This document shows, in pieces, positions 57,138 to 64,000 of a stretch of DNA of 64,000 bases. Position 1 is the first letter of the stretch, and every line of letters begins with the position of its first letter. A model generated the notes under the pieces. It was not told the origin of the DNA, did not search any database, and saw only the letters and a program-made list of their open reading frames with translations. Position numbers and translations under genes: made by a program. The stretch comes from Lachnospiraceae bacterium Zagget2. GTDB lineage: Bacteria > Bacillota > Clostridia > Lachnospirales > Lachnospiraceae. The stretch lies in contig MSHD01000030.1 of NCBI GenBank assembly GCA_001941045.1, positions 19,528 to 83,527 on the forward strand. Direction: 5' to 3'.

Positions 57138-57446
57138 AATAAGAGCTCCTTTGTAATGCTTGCTTTGGGGGAACAGAAAAATAACGCGGGGCAATACAAA
57201 GGTGGTGGACGGATAAAAAAATCAGATATGAGGTTGTTGAGTTTTGAAATCCATGGTAACATAAGCATAGGCAGTTGTTTTGTGTGTTTATCGTTGCATT
57301 AGGGGTAATTCAACAATAAAACATATACAAAAAAACTGCCACTTTTATTTTAAGAAAGAGCAGAAAAATTTATATCCAAGGCTAGCCGTCGCGTTAGCGA
57401 CTTGGTACAATAAAATCAATCCCGCAAATTAAAAGGAGGGCGTTTT

Positions 57447-57689
57447 ATGGACGACAGTGTAAAAGATTTGGCAAATGAAAGAAATTTATTAGATTATATT
57501 GTGGTTTGCGTCAGTGAATTTGCCAGTCGATATGGTATGCATATGAAGGATGCTTATATGTATCTGCGGCAATATAAAGGAATTGATTTTCTCCATGAAT
57601 TCTATGATGTGGAGCATACATTATCTTTTGACGATACAATAGATGATTTGAGTATTATATGCAGAAAAAATGGAGGAACGGTATTTTGA
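57447..57689 (+). CDS. DUF3791-like small protein
   Basis: YIVVCVSEFA..AYMYL..GIDFLHEFYDVEHTLS; RBS AAGGAGG. Confidence 0.72.
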   Translation: MDDSVKDLANERNLLDYIVVCVSEFASRYGMHMKDAYMYLRQYKGIDFLHEFYDVEHTLSFDDTIDDLSIICRKNGGTVF

Positions 57690-58201
57690 AACTTTATCAT
57701 GGCTCCAATATGGAAATAGAATACGTCGATTTATCAAAATGTATGCCCTATAAAGATTTTGGACGTGGCTTTTACACGACAATTCTTGAGGAACAAGCAT
57801 GGAGAATGGCGGAAAGAAGAGCAAGGATTGCTGGCGGAATGCCAACCGTTACGATTTTTGAGGTACCAGAAGATCTGTTAGAAAAAAGCGATATAAACTG
57901 CCGCGCATTTGCTGAAAGACCAAGCGTTGAATGGGCGGTATTTATCAACAATAACCGGAATCGGAAATTTGTGGATATCTCAAGCCCGGAGTGTAATACC
58001 GACAATAAATATGATGTTGTCTCGGGACCAGTTGCAAATGATACTGTAGGACTGCTGATCAGACAATTTTCCAGAGGAACCATAGACGCTGAATATTTAA
58101 AGCGGGAATTTGATTTTGGAAAACTGACGAATCAATACACCTTTCATACTGAGAAAGCACTACGGTATCTGAAAAAGGTGGGTGTTAAATATGACAGATA
58201 A
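57686..58201 (+). CDS. DUF3990-family protein (possible ADP-ribosyltransferase fold)
   Basis: TTG start overlapping upstream TGA; LYHGS, KDFGRGFYTT, YDVVSGPVAND, NQYTFHT. Confidence 0.82.
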   Translation: MKLYHGSNMEIEYVDLSKCMPYKDFGRGFYTTILEEQAWRMAERRARIAGGMPTVTIFEVPEDLLEKSDINCRAFAERPSVEWAVFINNNRNRKFVDISSPECNTDNKYDVVSGPVANDTVGLLIRQFSRGTIDAEYLKREFDFGKLTNQYTFHTEKALRYLKKVGVKYDR

Positions 58202-58409
58202 ACAGCAGGAGATGATTGAATACACTACTCAGGATATTATAGCGTTTATTATGGAAGATGAAAGCAGATCAATGGATGGAGCAATGGATCTTTTTTATAG
58301 TTCCAAAACTTTTGAACGACTCACAGATGTTGAGACAGGGCTTTATCTACAGGGCTCGGCTTATGTTTATGAAATGTTCAAAATGGAACAAAATAAGCGG
58401 TCAAGATAA
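58191..58409 (+). CDS. DUF3791-like small protein
   Basis: AMDLFYSSKTFERLTDVETGLYLQGSAYVYEMF; overlaps DUF3990 stop. Confidence 0.72.
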   Translation: MTDKQQEMIEYTTQDIIAFIMEDESRSMDGAMDLFYSSKTFERLTDVETGLYLQGSAYVYEMFKMEQNKRSR

Positions 58410-58440
58410 AGGTAGCAATGCGAAAAGCGGAGGCAACACC

Positions 58441-59319
58441 ATGGAACTGAGAGTTTTACGCTATTTTATAGAGGTCGCCAGGGAGGGCAGCATCACGGGC
58501 GCGGCCAGGACGCTGCACATCTCCCAGCCGACCCTGTCCAAACAGCTCAAGGAGCTGGAGGCTGAGCTCGGCTGCAAGCTCTTCGTCCGCGGCAACTACA
58601 ATGTACATCTGACAGAAGAAGGGATTTTGCTGCGTAAGCGCGCGGAAGATATTCTGGACATGACAGACAAGACCATCGGAGAATTTCAGTCTCTGAACGA
58701 TGTAACAGGTGGCGATGTGCGGATTGGCTGTGCGGAATCCTGGCTGATCCACCATCTGGCAGGCGTTATCAAGGATTTTCGCCTGCAGTATCCGGGGCTG
58801 CGCTTCCACATCACCAGCGGAGACACCCGCGTGGTGGTGAACGATCTGGAGCAGGGACTCTCCGATTTCGCAGTCATCGTGGAACCACCCGATCTTTCGA
58901 AATATAATTATCTTTCCCTGCCGGGCGGCGACACCTGGGGGCTTTTAATGCGCGCGGACACCCCCCTGGCGCAGAAAACAGAGATCTATCTCGAAGATAT
59001 CCGGGACCTTCCGCTCATCATTTCACCCCAGTCGATCCGTACAGACCTTCCCAGATGGTGCGGCGAGGCTGTCGATCAGCTGAACATCATCGGTACCATC
59101 AACCTTTTCTACAATGGCTCCGTATTTGTGAAGGAGGGACTTGGATGCCTGCTGGTCTTTGACCGTCTGGCAGACGTCAGTCCCGAAAACGGCCTGTGTT
59201 TCCGCCCTCTTTCTCCCAAACTGGAGACGAAGATGTACATCATCTGGAAGAAATACCAGGTCTTTACGCCGATCGCGGAACGGCTGGTGGAACTGCTGAA
59301 AGAACGATTTTCGTCTTGA
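58441..59319 (+). CDS. LysR-family regulator
   Basis: MELRVLRYF..SITGAARTLHISQPTLSKQLKELE; RBS GGAGG. Confidence 0.93.
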   Translation: MELRVLRYFIEVAREGSITGAARTLHISQPTLSKQLKELEAELGCKLFVRGNYNVHLTEEGILLRKRAEDILDMTDKTIGEFQSLNDVTGGDVRIGCAESWLIHHLAGVIKDFRLQYPGLRFHITSGDTRVVVNDLEQGLSDFAVIVEPPDLSKYNYLSLPGGDTWGLLMRADTPLAQKTEIYLEDIRDLPLIISPQSIRTDLPRWCGEAVDQLNIIGTINLFYNGSVFVKEGLGCLLVFDRLADVSPENGLCFRPLSPKLETKMYIIWKKYQVFTPIAERLVELLKERFSS

Positions 59320-59475
59320 TTATGATAGCGTATCGCAAATTCTGGGAAAACCTCCATTAGCAGCCTTTGCTTCGATGGTTTGCTTCTCTTTTTTTGTTTT
59401 ACCGCAAGCAAACAAAATTATCAACCAAAGAAGCAAAATTTTTATCAAACAATCAAAGTATTTTCCATTTTGTTA

Positions 59476-60129
59476 TCACAATCCAATACCCGCCGCCTCC
59501 GCCAGCGCCTCCCTGTCCAGGATACAGACCTTCCGGTAGCCGCAGCGCAGCAGGCCGTCGCGCTCAAATTCCTTCAGGACCTGGCTGACCGTCGGACGCG
59601 CCAGCCCCAGGCACAGAGCAATCTCCTCATGTGAATAGGGCAGGCAATGCTCTTCGATCTCCTTGTCCGGATTATCCGCCTCGGTCTCCGTCAGCAGAAA
59701 CGAAGCAATCCGCTGGTAACGGTCCAGAAAGCGAAAGGAATGAAGGGAATAGGACAGGTGATTCATCGTTTCCGAACAGTGCTGCAGCACCTTAAGCAGA
59801 ATATCCGGATTCCGACACAGGCAGGGAATCAGCTGTTCTATCGTGCAGCAGAGCAGCAGCACATCCGTGACCGCCGTGACCGTGGTGGGCCGCGGACTTT
59901 TGCTCAGGAAGGAGGATTCGCCGAAAAGCCGCCCCTTCTCCACAATCTCAAGCGTCAGCTCCTCTCCCTCCCGGGTGCTGAGCATCACGCGCACTCTTCC
60001 ATCGCGGATAATGCACAGCGTATTCGCCGCATCTCCTTCCAGATAGATACTTTCCTCCCTCGCATAACGGCGCAGGTATCCTGCCTGCGAGAGCCGCTCC
60101 ATTTCCTCGTCTGAAAATTTAATTTCCAT
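59476..60129 (-). CDS. Crp/Fnr-family regulator
   Basis: cNMP-domain GRVRV..LFGESSF..RPTT; HTH SHEEIALCLGLARPTVSQVLKEF. Confidence 0.9.
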   Translation of the reverse strand: MEIKFSDEEMERLSQAGYLRRYAREESIYLEGDAANTLCIIRDGRVRVMLSTREGEELTLEIVEKGRLFGESSFLSKSPRPTTVTAVTDVLLLCCTIEQLIPCLCRNPDILLKVLQHCSETMNHLSYSLHSFRFLDRYQRIASFLLTETEADNPDKEIEEHCLPYSHEEIALCLGLARPTVSQVLKEFERDGLLRCGYRKVCILDREALAEAAGIGL

Positions 60130-60144
60130 TCCGCCACCTCAAAA

Positions 60145-60188
60145 TGTCATCTATATTACATTCAGGATAACATAAGCCGGAATATAAT
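60145..60188 (+). promoter_or_regulatory. CRP/FNR-like site with class II-like spacing upstream of D-LDH
   Basis: TGTCA-N6-TTACA (60145-60) centred ~42.5 bp upstream of the +1 predicted from TATAAT 60183-88. Confidence 0.6.
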
Positions 60189-60216
60189 ACCAGTATAATG
60201 CAAAGGAGGGATTCAC

Positions 60217-61194
60217 ATGAAAATCATTGCTTATGAAGTCCGGGATGATGAGAGGGAACATTTTGACCGTTATGCCGGAGAATTTGGCGCAGATCTGATC
60301 CTCACGGATCAGGTTCCGACGATGGAGAACGCCTCCATGGCTGCCGGCTGCGAGGGCGTGACCATCCTCGGGCAGGGAAATATCGACGCGGCTCTTCTGG
60401 ACGAATACAAGAAGCTCGGCGTCCGCTGCCTCACGACCCGCACGATCGGTTATGACCATATCGACATAGCGCATGCCCGGGCGATCGGCCTGCCCGTCTG
60501 CAACGCGTTTTATGAGCCGAACGGTGTGGCGGAATACGCGGTTATGCTGATGCTTCTGTGCATCCGGCACTACAAAGCTGCCCTCTGGCGTGCACAGGTC
60601 AACGATTATTCTCTTCCGGGGCTCTATGGGAGGGAAATGCGAAATCTGACGGTTGGAATTCTGGGAACCGGCCGCATCGGGACGCAGCTGGCAAAGATTC
60701 TTTCCGGCTTCGGATGCCGGATTCTGGGCTACGACCAGTACCAGGGTGAGGCATCCCGCTGGCTCAGCTATACAGATCTCGACACGCTTTACCGGGAAAG
60801 CGACATCATCTCCGTACACCTGAACCTGAACGAACAGACTTACCATATGATCGACAGCGACGCGATTGCCAGAATGAAAGACGGCGTGATCCTGATCAAC
60901 TGCGCGCGCGGCGCGCTGATGGACACCGAAGCGCTGATTGCGGGAATCGAGCAGGAAAAAATCGGCAGTCTGGGGCTCGACTGCTTCGAGAGCGAGGAAG
61001 GCATCTATCACCTGAACCGCCGCGACGAGATCATCAGCAACCGTTCCATGGCATACCTGCGGCAGTTCCCGAACGTGGTCATGACGCAGCATATGGCCTT
61101 CTACACGGACGCGGCGGTCTCCAATATGGTTCGCTGCGGGATCGAGGGGATCTGCTCCGTGCTTCACAGCGGCACTTATAAGACACTGCTGTAA
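60217..61194 (+). CDS. ldhA: D-lactate/D-2-hydroxyacid dehydrogenase
   Basis: TRTIGYDHID, GTGRIG, INCARG, GLDCFESE, TQHMAFYT. Confidence 0.85.
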   Translation: MKIIAYEVRDDEREHFDRYAGEFGADLILTDQVPTMENASMAAGCEGVTILGQGNIDAALLDEYKKLGVRCLTTRTIGYDHIDIAHARAIGLPVCNAFYEPNGVAEYAVMLMLLCIRHYKAALWRAQVNDYSLPGLYGREMRNLTVGILGTGRIGTQLAKILSGFGCRILGYDQYQGEASRWLSYTDLDTLYRESDIISVHLNLNEQTYHMIDSDAIARMKDGVILINCARGALMDTEALIAGIEQEKIGSLGLDCFESEEGIYHLNRRDEIISNRSMAYLRQFPNVVMTQHMAFYTDAAVSNMVRCGIEGICSVLHSGTYKTLL

Positions 61195-61253
61195 GCCCTT
61201 TTCTCACACAAACAGGCAAAACCCCTGCTCTTTCCGAACAGGGGTGCTGTTTT

Positions 61254-61361
61254 CTACTCTTCTTCTTTTTTCTTCGGCCTGCACATCTGATGTCCTGTCC
61301 ACAGGCACATCACACAGCCGATCAGTATTACCATCGCCCAGAATCTGTGTTGCTTCAACAT
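61254..61361 (-). CDS. Small single-TM protein (35 aa), missed by ORF track
   Basis: MLKQHRFWAMVILIGCVMCLWTGHQMCRPKKKEEE; RBS GGAGG. Confidence 0.5.
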   Translation of the reverse strand: MLKQHRFWAMVILIGCVMCLWTGHQMCRPKKKEEE

Positions 61362-61425
61362 TTCTCATGCCCTCCATGTTTTCTGTAGTACATCCATTGT
61401 TCTCCGATCATATTACCAGAAAACA

Positions 61426-62226
61426 TCAGTCCATGCAATGGCCGTGCCGGCATTCATGGCCTTCGCCATGGGAATGTCCGCCATGTCCGCCGCAGTCTCC
61501 CCCGTGGTGGCCGCCCTCGTGATGGCTGCACTGTACATCCGGGATGTAGGCAAGATTTCCGGCAAGCAGCTCCTCCACCGCCGCATCCGCATCTCCGGTC
61601 ACACCGCCGTACAGTCTGATTCCTGCCGCCGCGAGCGCGTTCTGCGCGCCTCCTCCGATTCCGCCACAGATCAGAGTGTCCGCCTGCAATGCGTTCAGAA
61701 CCTCCGCCAGCGCCCCGTGGCCCTGTCCGTTCGTGCTGACCACCTCGGAGGAGACGATCTTCCCATCCTCCACGTCGTAAATCTTAAACTGCTCCGTGTG
61801 GCCGAAGTGCTGAAAAATCTGACCATTTTCGTAAGTAACCGCAATTCTCATTATCGTTTCTCCTTTCGTCTTCTGATAAACCTGATAGAGTTCCTTCCTG
61901 TAACAGCCGTTCATCCTGCATAATGGATTCCCACCCCGACAGAGGCGGTACTCGCCGCCCTCGATTCTGAGAGGCAGTCCCTCCACCAGGGCCTCCGCGA
62001 TTTTCCCGCGGGCGGAATCATAGATTTTCTGAACCGTGGTGCGGGCGACCTGCATGCTCTGACTGCACTGCTCCTGGGACATGCCTTCCTTATCGATCAG
62101 GCGTATCGCCTCAAATTCATCCAACGTCAGAATCACAGGATCTCTCCCGTCAGCCTCCTTCGCCGGTACAAACTCCAGCGTCTGCGGAAATCGGCAGATC
62201 ATTCTGCATTTCGTAGGTCTTGCCAT
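61426..62226 (-). CDS. DUF134 HTH fused to NifB/NifX-like metal-cluster-binding domain, His-rich tail
   Basis: MARPTKCR, LDEFEAIRLID..SQEQC..MQVARTT, QIFQHFGH, ICGGIGGGA, HHEGGHHG tail. Confidence 0.85.
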   Translation of the reverse strand: MARPTKCRMICRFPQTLEFVPAKEADGRDPVILTLDEFEAIRLIDKEGMSQEQCSQSMQVARTTVQKIYDSARGKIAEALVEGLPLRIEGGEYRLCRGGNPLCRMNGCYRKELYQVYQKTKGETIMRIAVTYENGQIFQHFGHTEQFKIYDVEDGKIVSSEVVSTNGQGHGALAEVLNALQADTLICGGIGGGAQNALAAAGIRLYGGVTGDADAAVEELLAGNLAYIPDVQCSHHEGGHHGGDCGGHGGHSHGEGHECRHGHCMD

Positions 62227-62260
62227 GGATTCACCTCTATTCTGGATTTCATTCTCCCTC

Positions 62261-62311
62261 ATCATACGCTCATTAGTGGCATATGTCAAGAACCATTATT
62301 GGCATATGCCA
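62261..62311 (-). promoter_or_regulatory. DUF134 promoter with two TGGCATATG(C/T)CA palindromes
   Basis: TTGACA(62284-89)-N17-TATGAT(62261-66); sites 62277-88 and 62300-11. Confidence 0.8.
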
Positions 62312-62404
62312 CAAAACATACAACCGGGCTGCGGTGTGAATGATTTTATCCAAATCAGGAAAGACTGGAAAGAAAATGACGGAAAACCTGAAAGGATAAA
62401 TGGA

Positions 62405-64000
62405 ATGGCACTGAATTACGTCGAAACAACAGACAAAATCATAGCGGCAGTTGGTGGTCCGGACAACATCGCAAGCGCGGGGCACTGCATGACCCGCCTT
62501 CGCCTCGTGCTGAAGGATGAAAGCCAGGCGGACGACGAAGCCGTTGAGAAAATCAAAGGCGTGAAGAGCGTCATCAGACAGGGCGGACAGTATCAGATCG
62601 TCATCGGCAACGAGGTCTCAAACCTTTTCAGGGAGTTCAGAACCAGAGGAGATTTTGACGGCAGTTCATCCGCCGAACCGCAAAAGGCACAGGGAAGTGT
62701 GATACAGAGGCTGTTTGGTTTCATATCCGGCTGCATGACGCCTCTGCTCCCGGCCATGCTCGGCTGCGGTATGATGAAAGTGGTTCTGACGCTGCTGGTC
62801 ACATTCACAGAGCTTGACAGTTCCGGCTCCACCTATATCATTCTCAACGCAATGGGAGACTGCTTCTTTACATTTCTGCCGGTTTTTCTGGCATACACAA
62901 CTGCAAAAAAACTGAATGGCTCGCCCATGCTGTTCATGGTCGTCGGCGCGGCGCTGGTCTATCCGGACCTGGTGACGCTGCTGACGGACAGTTCCCTGGA
63001 GACAGGAACCTTCCTGGGAATGGACTGTACCTGGTTCTTTGGAATCCCGGTGATCTGCGCGACCTATCCTTCGTCCGTGCTGCCGATTCTTCTGATGGCG
63101 CCGGTTATGAAATGGGTGGAGACTTTTGCCGACAGAGTTTCTCCCAACGTATTAAAGTCCTTTCTGAAGCCGCTGATTTTCGTCATCATCTGTGTGCCGG
63201 TCGCCCTCTGCGTTCTCGGACCGGTCGGAAACGTGGCGGGAAATGCGCTGTCCGGCGCATTCAGTGCGATGTACAGTACCGTACCGTGGCTCACAATCTG
63301 CCTGCTCTCCGCGGCAATGCCGTTCATCGTCATGACGGGCATGCACTATGCACTGATTCCGCTGGCAGTAAACAATCTGGCACTGCTTGGTTTCGACGCT
63401 CTGCTGTTAACTACCATGTTCTGTTCGAATCTGGCGCAGGGCGGCGCCTCCTTCGGCGTCGGCTTTAAAACGAAGAATACGGAGACAAAATCGGAGGGCG
63501 TCGCCTGCGGTATCTCCGCTGTCGTGGCAGGCGTCACGGAACCGGCCATGTACGGAATCAACCTCCGATATGGAAAACCTATGCTGGCAGCTGTCATCGG
63601 CGCCGGCGTGTCCGGTCTGTTCTGCGGTATTTTTCACGTAGTCGGCTATACCATGGGCGGTTCCCCGTCGCTGCTGACTCTGATCTGCTTTATCGGCGGG
63701 GACGAGCCGATGCGGGGCGTTGTCTTTGGAGCAATCGGAGCGGTCATCACGATTGTGATTTCGTTCACACTGGCCTTCATTCTGTATAAAGACCCGCTTA
63801 AGGAGGAGAAAGAAATCACACTTTTATCCCCGATGACCGGCGGGATTGTAAAGCTGGAAGACGTTCCGGACGAAGTATTTGCATCAAAAGCACTCGGAGA
63901 CGGTGTGGCTGTGATTCCCGGCGAAGGAAAAGTCGTCGCCCCCTGCGACGGCGTCGTCTCTGCCACAATGGATACAAAGCATGCGATTGGCATCACCTCC
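62405..64000 (+). CDS. PTS beta-glucoside-type transporter IIBCA (runs off window edge)
   Basis: Manual translation: AVGGPDNI..HCMTRLR (EIIB), GQYQIVIG, GMHY, GVTEPAMYG, EIIA start SPMTG..VPDEVFASKALGDG; frame continuous to 64000. Confidence 0.9.
   Translation, partial: MALNYVETTDKIIAAVGGPDNIASAGHCMTRLRLVLKDESQADDEAVEKIKGVKSVIRQGGQYQIVIGNEVSNLFREFRTRGDFDGSSSAEPQKAQGSVIQRLFGFISGCMTPLLPAMLGCGMMKVVLTLLVTFTELDSSGSTYIILNAMGDCFFTFLPVFLAYTTAKKLNGSPMLFMVVGAALVYPDLVTLLTDSSLETGTFLGMDCTWFFGIPVICATYPSSVLPILLMAPVMKWVETFADRVSPNVLKSFLKPLIFVIICVPVALCVLGPVGNVAGNALSGAFSAMYSTVPWLTICLLSAAMPFIVMTGMHYALIPLAVNNLALLGFDALLLTTMFCSNLAQGGASFGVGFKTKNTETKSEGVACGISAVVAGVTEPAMYGINLRYGKPMLAAVIGAGVSGLFCGIFHVVGYTMGGSPSLLTLICFIGGDEPMRGVVFGAIGAVITIVISFTLAFILYKDPLKEEKEITLLSPMTGGIVKLEDVPDEVFASKALGDGVAVIPGEGKVVAPCDGVVSATMDTKHAIGITS

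Larger units (their letters stand above)
54762..57300 (-). mobile_element. IS91-like element carrying a tyrosine recombinase (ends approximate)
   Basis: Integrase + Y2 transposase pair. Left junction proposed next to minus-strand CAAG (54758-61), the IS91 target tetramer. Right end uncertain. Confidence 0.75.

Noticed and set aside
57180-57410. attC/integron-like site next to the tyrosine recombinase (ATTAGGGG; GTCGC-GTTA-GCGAC)
   Set aside because: No proper RYYYAAC...GTTRRRY pair or paired L boxes, and the integrase lacks a visible IntI-specific insertion.
59355-59450. Repeated TTTGCTTC / GAAGCAAA motifs between LysR and Crp stops
   Set aside because: Imperfect, low-complexity and between convergent genes; at most a weak terminator.
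61211-61245. CAGGCAAAACC resembling a BglG/LicT RAT half-site
   Set aside because: The 5' half is absent and it lies 1.2 kb from the PTS gene; it reads better as the flank of the ldh terminator hairpin (ACCCCTG..CAGGGGT).
62312-62404. RAT antiterminator site or cre box upstream of the PTS gene
   Set aside because: No convincing match or terminator hairpin in the short leader.
1-64000. CRISPR arrays, rRNA, tRNA, cas or reverse-transcriptase genes
   Set aside because: No spaced direct-repeat arrays, cloverleafs, rRNA motifs or YADD-type proteins were seen.

Overview
64-kb window from a spore-forming Clostridia-class Firmicute (Lachnospiraceae-like by gene content; inference). 1-11.7 kb is core: the spoIIAA-spoIIAB-sigF-spoVAA-spoVAB operon, with spoVAC plus an ABC-F gene inverted relative to it and spoVAD at the edge, then a TPR gene, folC and valS. 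valS has a Val T-box and a MITE-like insert in its leader. 11.7-17.8 kb holds cell-surface genes and a BlaI/BlaR1-like pair with two clear operators. 17.9-36 kb is a decaying defence/toxin-antitoxin-like stretch: type I R-M remnants, DUF1016, a Ser/Thr kinase, DUF3990-HTH, a DUF4143 ATPase, two HipA-like kinase modules and RhuM-Fic, interleaved with housekeeping-type genes. 36-48.3 kb is the most striking locus: a LysR-associated nine-gene cluster joining a GPH transporter, esterase, GH3, beta-PGM, subtype-B-like tannase, GH65 and a complete UbiD/UbiX/LpdD gallate-decarboxylase set, i.e. a candidate cytoplasmic galloyl/phenolic-glycoside catabolic system. 48.3-59.3 kb is a flavodoxin/aldo-keto-reductase regulon with a duplicated 74-bp promoter. 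It is split from a LysR gene by an IS91-like + tyrosine-recombinase element and an AT-rich DUF3791-DUF3990-DUF3791 module. The end carries Crp/Fnr-D-LDH, DUF134-NifX with operators, and a partial beta-glucoside PTS IIBCA. All family calls come from motif recognition by eye; no database search was run. Several single-base frameshifts could be sequencing errors. No rRNA, tRNA or CRISPR array was seen.
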